A DNA stretch of 63,256 bases, counting the filler, from Sphacelaria rigidula (taxonomy: Eukaryota), in the NCBI GenBank assembly GCA_964200075.2. It is 9 parts of 9 records of this genome, joined end to end, with 100 filler letters (N's around TTAATTAATTAA, not from the genome) between each part and the next. Parts side by side here need not be neighbours in the genome. Positions count along the whole stretch, not along the records: positions 1 to 6,940 come from CAXNAA020017301.1; positions 7,041 to 13,980 come from CAXNAA020017302.1; 7 more parts are not named here. One strand, given 5' to 3'. Position 1 is the first letter of the stretch. Each line of letters opens with the position of its first letter. The notes under the pieces are model-generated. The model made no database searches. It was not told the origin of the DNA and was given only the letters and a program-made list of their open reading frames with translations. Both the position numbers and the translations under genes were made by a program. This document shows, one piece after another, positions 1 through 11,905 of this stretch.

Positions 1-19
1 GTTTTATTTTTGTCTATTA

Positions 20-490
20 TAAGAAGCGGCCTTACGGCAATAAACCAAAGGTCCTGTGAAAATATTTCTTTAGTCTTTTTTTCGTCGTTTTACGCCCTAG
101 ACAGAGAGCTAACCGGAGGTTGATACCTTGGAAGGGCTGCTCTACTCGTTGAGATGGTTCAAGAACATCTTCGCGTTTTCCGGTGGCCGCGGGATTTTTG
201 TCGGCCGAACTTACATTTGCGTCCAAGAACAACCAGAGCTGGAAAAAAAGGCAATGTTTCTCTGGACTTGGCGAGCTCGGACGAAAATGCTTGTTTCGCC
301 AAAATAAAAACTGCAGCCATCAGGAAATGCGAAGATGTCCTGGAACCGTCTCAACAAGTGTAGCAAGTCATTTGAAGGCGTCAACCTCCGCCTAGCTCTC
401 TGTCAGGGCGCAAACCGACGAAGAAGGACGAAAAATGTATTTTTGAAGGACTTTTTTGGTTGTTTGCGATAAGGAGTGGACTTATTTCTC
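20..490. repeat. Degenerate fold-back element (about 165-bp inverted arms)
   Basis: About 20-185 is the diverged reverse complement of about 320-490. The ORF track gives EDVLEPSQ on both strands. Confidence 0.7.
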
Positions 491-499
491 AAGAGTATG

Positions 500-997
500 T
501 CCCAAGGTCCTGAACGTTCGGCTTACATTTTCCCCTTGCGATAGACACTCCACGCCAAATTCAAAGCGCAACTCTCAAAAGCGAGAAGCGACATCCAGAT
601 TTACTAAATTCAGCGTCTCTGCTCGAACATATTGAGTTTGTGATTAAATCATGTGTGCGCCATGATTTTAGATAAGATGGCGAATCAGGTGAAGGTGAGG
701 GTATCGTTCGTTTTCTCGTGCTCCTGGGAATGACCACACCAAAATCATCATCCATCCGCTGTATATATCGTTCGGGGTTTTATACAGACTTTAGTATTGA
801 CCCTGTATCTCGACGGTAAAGGACGTACTCGACACGACCCTCAGTCAACCCGAAAAATTGGCCCAGGCTTTTGAGCAGATGGGCATACTTCTATTGACCA
901 TACGATCAACTAGATATGCGGATCACAGCCCAATTCGTCTGTGTCGATAAGATATTGCTGTGAGAGCTTACGTCCGTTCTTAGGCTAGCCAAGCTCG
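500..997. mobile_element. Terminal part of a non-autonomous TA-flanked TIR element (CGAGCTGGGCCAG family)
   Basis: Colinear with 59130-59614 and with the reverse complement of 12118-12535. It ends in a degenerate TIR, GGCTAGCCAAGCTCG, followed by TA. Confidence 0.75.
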
Positions 998-1121
998 TAC
1001 TGCATTCGTGCCGACTCACACTTGTACTCAAAAGATACGCGCGTGAGGAAACATTGCAGTCAGGTGAATCACAGTAGTCAGTACAGTACAAGACAGCAGT
1101 GCAGGACAGGACAATGAATAC

Positions 1122-1721
1122 CTGACTCTGAGTGTTGCGTCTGCCCATGCCCCTCATGGGTGGGACTGCCGACGCCGACAGGGGCGACAGAGCAACCCGC
1201 AGGACAATCGCCGCCGCCGCGCTCGCCGCAGTACGCCGCACCCATCCCCTACCCCCTCGCCCCACCCTGCTCTTGGAGATTCCTCCCTGTCCTTCGCCCG
1301 AGCTCAACGCAGCAGCGGTAGCCTCTTGTTCACCCCGTGAGATCCGCTTGGTAGAGACAAACTGCCTGCCACGACTCAGCAAGCTTCTTGTTGCGCGGAA
1401 TATCGCTCCACGCCTCGCCGAAAACAATCGGGGCTGCTTGCTGTTGGCATCGCTGTTGTTGAGATTGGTGTTGACAGGGGCTGTCATCACAATCGTCGTG
1501 ACACTCGTTGAGTGTTCTTGTCTCACGCCTGACTGAGCAAACGGCGCCGCGTGTTGCTGCTGCCGTTGTTGTTGCCTCTGGCCCCCGGAGAGCGAGGCTG
1601 GTTGCCGTTGTCGCAAGGAGACGGGCTGTACGATAAACGCAGAAGTAATGCCACCGGGTCCTGCACCAGCGGCCGCGGCCCCAAGGCACAGCGAAGCTAC
1701 GCTGCGGCACGAGAGCCGCAT
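1122..1721 (-). CDS. Exon 1 of a nucleus-encoded plastid-targeted protein of unknown function
   Basis: ATG at 1721, a hydrophobic signal peptide ending ITSA|FIV (stramenopile ASAFAP-type motif), then an R/S/Q-rich transit region. The 200 codons end at a CAG|GTATTC donor (phase 0). Confidence 0.8.
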
Positions 1722-2555
1722 GTTAGCTACAGCGGTTCAGGTGTTATGTTGAAGCCCAAAGTTACACCCCCGTCCGTGTCTGTGGACTTTCGTGCAGACC
1801 CCGCTGTACAGAATCGATCTCAACAACAGAATGCCGTTGCCCCGAATAACGAGAATGGGGATCGATCTCGAGAAGGAGGTTATGCACGCGCGCGGGGGGG
1901 CTGGGGGGGGGCGTGTGTTTTTACCTTCACTCGCTTGACGTGTTTATGCGTTTTCTAACTGCTGCTGCTAGGCGAAGCGCCCCAGCAGAGGCATGTATCA
2001 TGACAATTTATACGCGGAGCAACCATGACACGTGTATTTCACGGGCAGCCTTCGAGAAACAACTGCTGCACGCGCATGTGGTGGTGCAAGACAAGAAGTA
2101 GAAGCACAGCCTGTACCGCAGCAATATTTTGATTCAAAAATATTGTGTAACATGAACCACTTTACGAAATCAGGAGACCGCCCTTTAAGGTAGAATGGCC
2201 TGTCTATGGCATTCATAATGAGACCTAGCCTAGTTGGGGCGATGCACATACTATACTGTATACGAGGTAAAGTAGAGGGGCACGCGACGATAATTAACAT
2301 TGTTCATATTGACATATACATCACACATTGACAAAACCTTGTATGACAAATGCATACGCGTGGTACCCAAGTGGAGCATCTCAGAAAGCTCTCCACATAC
2401 AGCACATACTTTTACAGACTACGTCTTACCCTCTCCAAGTGAAGCACGCATACCCCTGTTTTTCCATTGCAGTGCACGCTTCAATACGGCCGTGCACAAG
2501 GCCTAAGCTTTGCCAAGAATCACAACCACCAACTGACGAGAACGACGACATTCCA
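1722..2555. promoter_or_regulatory. Probable bidirectional promoter and 5'UTR region
   Basis: 834 bp lie between two divergent start codons (1721 minus, 2556 plus). Confidence 0.6.
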
Positions 2556-2692
2556 ATGGGGGGCGGAGATGTGGTCGAAAGTGCGGTCACTGAAGACGTC
2601 CTTGCCCTTATACGGCCGCACTTCTCCAAGGTCAAGACGGCCGGAACTTACGATAAGGTCTACAATGATGAGTGCATGTTCAGCTTTGACAC
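2556..2692 (+). CDS. UBP14: Exon 1 of ubiquitin carboxyl-terminal hydrolase USP5/USP13/UBP14 (isopeptidase T)
   Basis: MGGGDVVESAVTEDVLALIRPHFSKVKTAGTYDKVYNDECMFSFDT matches the isopeptidase-T N-terminal motif (V/I)YK/NxECxxSFDT. It is followed by an AC|GTGAGT donor. Confidence 0.85.
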
Positions 2693-4920
2693 GTGAGTTC
2701 ATCGATGCCACTTCTAGTAATCAATGGAACTTAAGCAAGTGCGTGATTTGTCTTATGTTGTATCGAAGTCGGGAGGAGGTTGTGAACATGGGTCAACAGT
2801 GGGTGCTATACACCGTACACATATACACTGTACACGTGCGCTCATGGCGTTCGACGAAACACTATTGAGATCTGCCCTTTTGCTAGCGCATTTGCACGAG
2901 GATAGCTGCTGCGAAAAAAAAACACATTTCTATCTGCTGGCCAGTTGCAACATTACAAACGGTGAAGTAATTCGAGGGTGGTAAACACCGTATGCGTACT
3001 CCCTGTTGCCCCCTCACTGTGCCAAAACAAAATGCGATGCTTTTGTCTGAGATCTGGAGAATAAAGCGGTCTTTCACGGGGACAGGAAGAGTAATGTTCC
3101 AAACTCCTTCCTGTAATTGGCCGCGGTGATCGAAGGTGATGACATATATACATAGCCAGTGCACCCGCTGAGATATTCGTCATCATTTGTGACACACAGT
3201 CGCCGGAATTGGGATCGTTAGAACATGACCATCGCACGCGGCAAGCACCGCTAACCGCGGACGTAGTTGCACACCACATCATTAGCTACCGCCGTAGCAC
3301 CATCGGGCAGAAGAACGTGAGGAGTGCACAAGGCTATTGCTACAACGTGTGGAGGCAACTGAGCAAGTGGAAACTTCTCAATACATCCGGTGAGTGGCGA
3401 GAGCGTTGCCTCCAGCGGCATGTGTGTGCTCTACGCGCAGCAGTCCGCAGCCGCATGCCCCTCGCGTGCAACTGGTGTATTCGAGTTTCGTTCAGTGGAC
3501 CGAACAGACGGCGGTGCCACGTGCTTTATCATGTACTTGGCCGATGCCGTGCAATTTTTGGGGATGATAGACCCGCGATGCAGCAAGAATGGCGCGTATT
3601 ATTTGCCTGGAACCCTGCAGGATTTCGTTGCACGCTAGAGAACCCGGCAACGCGGTGAAACGAGTTGCCCCGACACCTGATGCGCTGTCTCATTGCACTG
3701 CATTTGTGTGCTGCCACACTATCTGTACTATTTGTTACACACTTGATCTCCCTGGCGCTATTTTTTCGACAATTAATACAAGTACATAATATATACATGG
3801 TGTACGGTTTGCGCTACACCTCGAGCAACGGCCCGACTCTGCAGTATAATCGTACTGGACTGGACTCTTGTACCGCATGTACAGTACCAAGTTGGAGGCA
3901 CGGGGAAGCAGGGAAAGAGGTGACCCCCCTGCAATCCTCGGACAGGAACTCGTTTGTTTCTATGGTTCACACCGACGCGTATTACTGTAATGTTGCGCAC
4001 TCTTGACGCTCCCCGTTGCTCCTTCTGTCATTGCGGCAGGACTTCAACAGGATGATGGAACAGAAGATTGGGAAGCTACCTTCAGCGAAATTCGTGGAGG
4101 CTACAGTAGCGAGAATCGTGTGCAAGTCTTGCGCAGAGGAGATGAAGTGGCTGCTACCTGTTGCCAATGCTGTGCTGGACCTGCCGGAAACTCGCGCAGA
4201 GATACAGCGTTTGTGGCGACAACTCATCACAGTACTTCGCACTGTCATAACGGGACCCGCGAATTCATCGCGAGCTTCGAAGTTCACCGTGCTTAGGCAA
4301 AGCAGGCGCCACGAACACAAGATGGTATTTATTGCTCAGCCTGCGGTACAGGCCGCCGCCCGACATCTGCCGCCACTCAGACACTCTAGACTCGACTCCC
4401 AGAGCGCAGCGGACCCTCACGCTCCTGTACGAATTCATAGACAAGGTACGTTCAAGCTGCATGTTGAATTGTTTTCTCCGTCGTAAGGCCGAGCGCCCGT
4501 GCGTTCATGCTGTCGGCTTGAACTGCGTTCGGATTTCGACCTCACTCTGGTGTTGTTACGTGTCGCCGCGCCGTGGTTACGAGAATAGGTGCTGTGTCGA
4601 AGCGCTAATTGCACAACTGCGCCAACTTCTTTCCGGTCTTCCTCTGTAACCCTTTCGTGCCATCACGCAGGTCACGTGCGAGACCCTAACGACGGCGGTT
4701 GATAGCGCGAACGTCATTGTCTTGAGGTACCCGAAGGGTGCGGTCGAACTGCATCGTGATCGCGCCACCCTGCTGTATCCCGTGTCGGGCTGGCTACTCA
4801 GCGCGGGTTTGACTCACGTTTCGCCGGAATGTTCATGATCGTGACATCTTCCTGCCGTTATCGAAAGCGCAAAATTTCAATCGGCGCGCATCGGCGAACA
4901 TTCGTGGGTTAGAGACGGAA

Positions 4921-5242
4921 GTAGGCCGCCAGAATGGAATGTTCAACGGGAAGAGTTTGTTGTTATCCACGTCGGAATTTTACGAGCTGATGCGGCGCTG
5001 GGAGGCCGGATATCACAACGCGTTTTTCAACCCTCACACCGCTTCCATTGAAGGTGAACCGCCTCCTCCCGTCCTACCACTCTCTTTACTTCGTTCGGGA
5101 GATCTCCCATATAGGTGGACAGGAGGTGAGGGTTGAAAAACGCGTTGTGATATCCGGCCTCCCAGCGCCGCATCAGCTCGTAAAATTCCGATGTGGATTA
5201 CAACAAACTCTTCCCGTTGAACACTTCATTCCGGCGGACTAC
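4921..5242. repeat. Near-perfect inverted repeat (117-bp arms, 88-nt spacer)
   Basis: 4921-5037 is the reverse complement of 5126-5242, with only a handful of mismatches. Confidence 0.92.
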
Positions 5243-5860
5243 AGCGAGGTGCAGGAATCGCCTTCTTGCCCCCTCTCTCACCCACTCCTCGTTTGAGAAA
5301 AGATAACGGCACATGGTGATGAAGCCTGGGATGGTGAGGCGAAGGTCAAACCAGGACTGCTCAGTGATGAAGGCGATACTAGCGGAGCCCGGGCATACCC
5401 CCTCCAGTCCCTCCTGCCAGCTGTCGAAAAAATCCAAGATCCCCAGCAGTCTTCCGATATGCACGGAGGCGGCCGAGAAAATTTACCCTGCATCCTTCGC
5501 GATCCCCTTCGTGATCTCCACCTTTCTCCGTTTGTACGAGCCTAGTATCAATTGTGAAAAAAGAAGGAATAGCACCCAGTGGACTGCCACATCTGCACGC
5601 CCACATTATATATTCCCCGGTTCCACATATACAACTGCATCCGACCTCATGGCAATGCTGAATGAATCTACGACACAAAGTGGATGGGGATGGGTTCGAA
5701 ACGAGGAACCCATTAGCCCTGCAGGCGAGAGTCGAAGCTCACCGTTGAAGATGTCTGACGAGTCGTTCATCTATGTCGCCAATGTGGCATAGCACCACTG
5801 AGGACCGTTAACCTCGGTCTGACGACCCTGCGCTGACTCCAGCATCGTCACGGCGGTGCT
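5243..5860 (-). pseudogene. P-element/THAP9-like transposase remnant
   Basis: The minus strand reads MNDSSDIFNG, then RLLGILDFFDSWQE...AFITEQSWFDLRLTIPGFITMCRYLF. This resembles the NxxFDxxN and WxxW...FxxxxTxxDLxxTIxGFxxxxxYL segments of P-type transposases. In-frame stops are present. Confidence 0.5.
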
Positions 5861-6940
5861 CGACAGACACTGCGGGGTGCAGACGGGGAATATGTATCAG
5901 TGTTGTTCGAAGTGATGATGGCAGATGGGACGATCGACTTTTCCGAGGGTGAGATGGGTTATTGATTCGTGAAATTACTTCATGTTAGCGTAATTGATTC
6001 GAACCATACGAATCAATCCTCAGGCTTCGTTTTCAGCGTTGCAAGTCAGGTACGCGCAGCCCAGGCACGTGGACTGGCGCGAAAATTGCGTGGAGACCTT
6101 TTCGACCAGCGGTCAACCTTTTTCTCTCTTTCGAGCAATCAGGCTTCAAAAATTGTGGATTTGGTGGTTTGAACCGGGGGGTGATTCGTCCGCACCGTGA
6201 ACTGTTTAACCTGAAGTCAAGCCGAGTTGTGGAGCGGAGGAGTGGTCAATCGAACAGGCAGCGGCGTACCTGTCTCTCAGATGCTCCGAACCCAAATGAG
6301 TCGACGATTTCGCAACCTCGAACACGCTTCTTCTTCGGCTCTCTCTTTCGGGTACCGGTAGAGCGTGTTGGTCGAGTGCGGGCGGCGCTAGCTGCCGCTC
6401 TTTCGCGTGGAGTGTCGGGATTGGACATGGATCAAGTATGTATCCGCTGCTTTCTTCGCGAAAGTTCTGTAGTTGTAGCGCACGAAATAGGAATCCTGCG
6501 GCATTCGCGTTCGGCCAGAAGGGGGCGTTCACGCGATGAGACCGCGAGCAACGAACATATGAACGGTACGGTGTCATGGATGCATGGCGAGGGCGCTGCC
6601 GATTTCGGCCAATGAGGCCTCGGCCCCCCGTTTGTACTGCATCCGGGACAAGAGTCCAGTACAGTACAATTGTACTGCAGAGTCGGGCCGTTGCTGGAGG
6701 TATAGCGCAAACCGTACACCATGTATATGCTTACCGCGTGTGATTGTCATGTTCTATCGATCCCAATTCCGGCGACTGTAGGTTATAGCCTACTTATCTC
6801 TTATTATTTTCTATATATGATGGGACAATCGAAACAGAAACAAGTGCACTATTTATGTATATATATATTCGTGGCGTTGCTCTTCTTATTTTATTTATTT
6901 TTTCTTTATTTTGGTAATGTGTCTGGTAAGGAATAGCAGG

Positions 6941-7040
6941 NNNNNNNNNNNNNNNNNNNNNNNNNNNNNNNNNNNNNNNNNNNNTTAATTAATTAANNNN
7001 NNNNNNNNNNNNNNNNNNNNNNNNNNNNNNNNNNNNNNNN
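6941..7040. other. Artificial contig spacer
   Basis: N44-TTAATTAATTAA-N44 (stops in all six frames). Confidence 0.99.
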
Positions 7041-7052
7041 ACCCACAACCAA

Positions 7053-7083
<31 letters not shown>

Positions 7084-7114
7084 GCCCGCCCCCCCCCCCC
7101 CCCCCCCCCCCCAC

Positions 7115-7180
7115 TGCTTCGTCTCGAAAAGGATGCGTGGTCAATGGTCAAGCGACTAAGGCAAGCAACAAATGAGTACG
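7115..7180 (+). mobile_element. 5'-truncated LINE 3' end between C-rich tracts
   Basis: GGATGCGTGGTCAATGG...AAGGCAAGCAACAAATGAGTACG is shared with 28190, 35296, 40204 and 59697. Confidence 0.8.
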
Positions 7181-7757
7181 CCCCCACCCCCACGCATACA
7201 CACACGCACACACATGCACGCTTGCGCGCGCACACATCAAACCTGCCACGCCGTTTTCAGCTGTACAGCAACAGCTGTTGACCACGTCCATGTGAGTACT
7301 AATATTGGTTGGTGTGGTCACGGCCACCATCTATCTGATGTACTTGAACTGCACTGTGCTAAAACTTTTACTGTCCCAAAACGACAAGATTAAAAAAAAA
7401 ATCCGTTTGCCGCGGCCTATGCACGAATATCAATGACGCGCGGCATATGCGTGGCACCGGTCTTTTTCCATGTGCGAAGATGTTGTCTCTCCTCTAAAAA
7501 CATCTATTCCGAACACCCGGCAAAATGTTATAGCATGGAGAAAATAGAGTGAGCCAACAAGTACTTGCGGACTTCTTGAGGACCCGACGGCGTAAATCCA
7601 TGTGTAAAATATCTTCAGGGGGTTTGTGTGAATCATTATCCTCCGATCGTTTGACGGGGCTCACAATCCCAAGGGCTCCTCGCCCAATGTAGGCAGCAAG
7701 CACACTGTGTGGTCCAAATCGACACTGTTTTTTTTTTTTTGTCTGTTACACACTTTG

Positions 7758-7890
7758 AACCCCTTTCCTTCCTCGGGACGAGTCCACGGTCTCAAGGGAT
7801 CAATCCGTCTCTCTCCGGTACACGCGTTGCATTTTTATCTCGCGGATGAGATCATGACTAACATTCCCGCACCGCGTCAACTCTCGTCAA
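7758..7890 (-). mobile_element. Fragment of SINE-like family B
   Basis: Similar to 59979-60100 and 57345-57470 (CCTCGGRACGAGTCCA...CGGTACACGC). Confidence 0.55.
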
Positions 7891-8234
7891 ACAAATTCTG
7901 TCAACTACTTTTTTTATACCTCATACAGTGCCGATTTGAGCTGTGCGTCAGCGCACACCCCGTGTGGGGCACTCTTGACCTTCCCCTTGCTCGAGAGATG
8001 ATAGTGAGACAAATGTGAGGCAGTGTGTAGCCCCGTGGCTGTCTCTGGCTGTGGAAATGCCAGAAAACGAAGCAACTTATTCGAGGCTGTCATCCGTATG
8101 CAAGATGATCAGTACGCTCCGGCCCGAACAATCTTAGCAGGATGCAGCTCATCCCTCATGCGACGCGCTGAGCATATCACGGTGCTTCGCACGTGGTGAT
8201 TTGAATGCGAGCCTGATCCGGCGAACACCCCACA

Positions 8235-8300
8235 TGCTCCGCTCCGGCTTTACAGCGAGGTCAACGGTCTTATGACTACGGCAGACGGTACAAGAGCACA
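8235..8300 (+). mobile_element. Diverged LINE 3'-end variant
   Basis: TGCTCCG...GCGAGGTCAACGGTC..ATGACTACGGCA resembles 26826-26897 (reverse complement). It is preceded by CACCCC. Confidence 0.45.
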
Positions 8301-8671
8301 CCCTAGCCCAAGGGATCTCGGTCTTCCTTAGGTCTGCGGCTAAAAAACAAACGTTTGGTTGGGAAGAGAAGAATGTTTGACCATATGTTTTTTCTCCATC
8401 ATGTCTTTGCGGCCCCCAATCTACTATTTGGCGTCTGTGTTCAGTTGTCTGGGCCTTCTTTGATTCGCTATTTGATTTCCCTATATACCTTTATTTTTGG
8501 TTAGTTAGCTTGTGACCACGGAAGGCGTCCGCATCAGATGCCCAGTACGGAAATAGAAATACTACCGCAGATACCGGAACACTTTTTAAATGTGAAGGCA
8601 GCAACAAAAAAACAATGGCAATGTACTGAACGCCAACGTCACGCATGAATTTTTTTTTATATATATATATA

Positions 8672-8832
8672 TCTCATATGAATGAGTTTCATTACCAAAA
8701 CACATATCAAATCCTCGGCTCAATCTCTTGGTAGGAGTCATTACCTTCACCCTCTCCCTTTCATATTTTTATTCTTTGCCACGCCTATCATCGAGGACGG
8801 GGCCGCCTATCGGCGGCCCCGTGCGATCCTTG
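8672..8832 (+). mobile_element. Candidate 161-bp non-autonomous Helitron in a (TA)n tract
   Basis: A|TC start, a perfect 11-bp GC-rich hairpin ACGGGGCCGCC-TATC-GGCGGCCCCGT (8797-8822), a CTTG|T end 10 nt later and (TA)n on both flanks. Confidence 0.55.
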
Positions 8833-9368
8833 TATATATATATATATGTTCCCAAATCTGAGATATACTCCTGTACCGGAAGTTCACAAATATTGGAAGA
8901 CTATGTTGAATACTCTTTGGTGTTGGTTTGGCACCGGTACACCAGGGTGCGGGGTGGTGAAAGGCCACGTAACCGCAATACACGAGATATAGACAATGGA
9001 TGAATTCATAATCGTGGCTCGCGCGATCGAAAACTCACTCATCGCAGTGCAGTTTTCGCTTGTACTGTCGCTTCATGCGATATCCCTTCCCTCTCTGGTG
9101 GTACAGTGGTACGAAAATACTTTTGTGTTATGTACAGTAGTAGGCATGGACAAATGCAGCCGAAGACAGACATGAGTTGTGTTCACTTCCTCAGGTACAC
9201 TGCTATGAATTTTTCCGCCCAGTTTTCTGTATTTGGTTGTCTTTTTCTTCAGTAGAACTCGTTGGACGCAAAATTATATTTGTTTTTCGTTGTGTTTTCT
9301 TGTCCTTCGTTTCTGTGGTTCCCGATGACCTCCCCAAAACACAATGATCATTTTTTTTACTTCAATAG

Positions 9369-9437
9369 GATGCGGCGGCGGCCATGGCAGAGCTGGAGCT
9401 TCTCTTCAACTACCTCGAAGCCATGGGCACCTTGAAG
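9369..9437 (+). CDS. HARS: Internal exon of a histidyl-tRNA synthetase (or HisRS-like domain)
   Basis: A polypyrimidine-TAG acceptor, 69 nt encoding DAAAAMAELELLFNYLEAMGTLK, and an AAG|GTTAGC donor. It resembles the LxxLFxYLxxxG helix that precedes FDLSLARGLDYY in eukaryotic HisRS. Confidence 0.7.
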
Positions 9438-9508
9438 GTTAGCATTACCTCATTTTACAGGGGCACAGACGTCTGTGAATTCTTGAGTATTATTTTCATC
9501 ATTGTTAT

Positions 9509-9658
<150 letters not shown>

Positions 9659-10529
9659 TGAGCTGGGCCAGCCGTAAAACGTACAGAAGCGTATCACACA
9701 TCAACTTTCTCAAGTTTCTCGCATCGCTGTGAACTGCAGAATAAGCTAGTAACTCACGGCTCCGCCGCCGGTCGGTTGGCGCAGTTTTGGCGATGACGTT
9801 AGTGTACCGCATTGAGCACAGGGTACGTCTCATATCGTGGCATGAGAGCGTATATTCTGAGTTGTTGGAAACGCGGCGGAATTACGTGTGACAACTTCGA
9901 CACGCACAGTCAAGAGTGTACTGGTAATGCCGCAAGATGGCATCAAGCTCATCAGCAGCTCCATCATGGGAGAGGACATCCGAGCCGATTGCCACATAAA
10001 TCGAGCTCAGGCACAAGTATCCTACTGGGACTGGGCTGCAACGCTTTTCCTCGATCAAATCCCCGATGGTGATCGCCTTTTCTCACAGTTGCGAAAACAA
10101 ATCTGCCAGATAGTGGCGAAAAAATGATCGGGTCGGGATTGGAACTCGTGACCTGTGTAATAGGAGGCTCGTGCATCAGTAGGACCACCGGGGCGCAGCG
10201 GTGTCGCACAAAAAGTGCCATGCTGTGTCCAATGTCAGCAATTTTTAGCCGAAATTAACCCAGGATCTCCTGTGCGCTACCTACAGTATTTCCGGGGATG
10301 CCTCCGTTATTCGTTTTTTCACGGAGTTATGACATTTTCCCACTTTTTGCTGAAATTTCAAATCCCTCTAACCTTCTGTTTGCTCATTTTTTTGGCTCTT
10401 GGCATCCCAAGAAATGTTGCGCGTGTTGATGATGAAAGCATCGTGTCAGAATTTCAGCACCTAACTCTTCAATTTCACCATCGCCTCACCCGAATAACGA
10501 CGAGAACAACTATCAGCTGGCCCAGCTCG
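9659..10529. mobile_element. MITE with 14-bp TIR and TA TSD (Tc1/mariner-type ends)
   Basis: TA|TGAGCTGGGCCAGC ... GCTGGCCCAGCTCG|TA, inserted at the end of a (TAG)n tract. Confidence 0.8.
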
Positions 10530-10572
10530 TATTTGTACTAGTATCAGTATAAGTATTGATATTAGTCTTAGT

Positions 10573-10607
<35 letters not shown>

Positions 10608-10982
10608 TTTGAATTCGATTTTCATCAGTATTTTTCAATCTTTCTGTTACTTTTTTATCGTCCTTTTTTTCATTTTTTTTGCATCCCAATAAATTGATGA
10701 TTGTTGCAAATTTTGTCAACATCCCCCATGACGTAATGTCGTGCGATTTACTGCTAGTCGTCAGTGCTAGAGAGTAATGGTCATAATTCTACTATTTTCA
10801 TGTACTTCCTTTTTCGACCCCAATAATTTACTGTGTATTCTTGTCAAATTGTGAGTGTGAACACCGGCTGAATGTGTGCGAGACAGACAAAGATGGAGAA
10901 GGAGAGACAGGAAGTCGAGCCCAACATGGTACATCGAAGTCGCACATGCTGTTTTCTATAACTTTTCCTCGCTCAGTATTAA

Positions 10983-11905
10983 GGCTCACCTCCCACAGAT
11001 AGGGATAACTTAGAGTGAATTAAAGTATCTTCGCGCGAAGCGCGATTATGGCCGAGCGTTTGGAAATCGCCACTGGGCAAAAATCGAGGACCCACCCGGA
11101 ATCAGAGAAGGAACCCGTGAATGGGACATGTCCTGTACCACTGTGCTGCAGCACAAACACACTCATGCTCTGTCTTGTATGGTGTAGCAGTCGCTGCGCT
11201 AAGGCGTCTGCAGGCCTTTGTGGAGACGGTTTGATCTCCGCTGGGAGGTTCTGAGTTGCTCTATATTGTCATTCCGTTCGTCTCTATGAAAAATGATGTC
11301 GACACGCAGTGCTCTCTACACACCGTTGGAACGTTCATGGTGTGTTGGCTGTTTCGTCTCGAGTCAAACGATTAAGGCGCTCTCCGAACGCATCATTTCT
11401 ACGCTGTAGTTCTTGCTGTGCTGTTGGGCATCAAAACACTCCACGACGATCACGGTGCGATGTGCACTGGAGAGTGCCTGAACAATTGTACTGCTGCATG
11501 CCGTGTTTCGGGCTGCACATAATTGGGGTGGGATCGAGGTGCTGTCGAAACAAGAAATGTTGAAACAATCGTCCCGTGACGGCTGTACGGCTGTCTGTCG
11601 AGTCTTCTCTGGTACTTCAGTTATAGTCGGGTGCTGCGATCGGGGAAGACACGCCAGGCGGGTGCGTGCTGGTTGGGACAAACAAACTGAGCCAGCACGG
11701 AGCTGCTGTGTCCTCGTTTATTGCCGGTAGCAGTTGTCTGTGTCGCAGCGGCGCAATGTGTGGACCAGTCAAAGCTGCTTGTCTTCCACTCATATCTCTC
11801 ACCTGATTGAAGAAAGGTTGCCGCATTTTGGTGTATTTAAAGTCTCTGATAGGTCGAAAAACCTTGCCACTCACAAGACTTGCCCCTATCTGTGGGCCCA
11901 GTGCC
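10983..11905. mobile_element. Non-autonomous TIR element, possibly PIF/Harbinger-like
   Basis: Ends are TAA|GGCTCACCTCCCACAGATAGGG and CCCTATCTGTGGGCCCAGTGCC. The body recurs inverted at 22600-23945 and 25785-26271. Confidence 0.7.

Larger units (their letters stand above)
3796..6723. mobile_element. 2.9-kb TIR DNA transposon derivative in the presumed UBP14 intron 1
   Basis: Imperfect TIRs of about 85-90 bp begin CATGGTGTACGGTTTGCGCTA (3796-~3885 and ~6633-6723). Both ends are flanked by TA/TATA. Confidence 0.85.

Noticed and set aside
906-1121. C-terminal 71 aa of the 271-aa ORF
   Set aside because: This is read-through into the intron and a TE after the donor at 1121.
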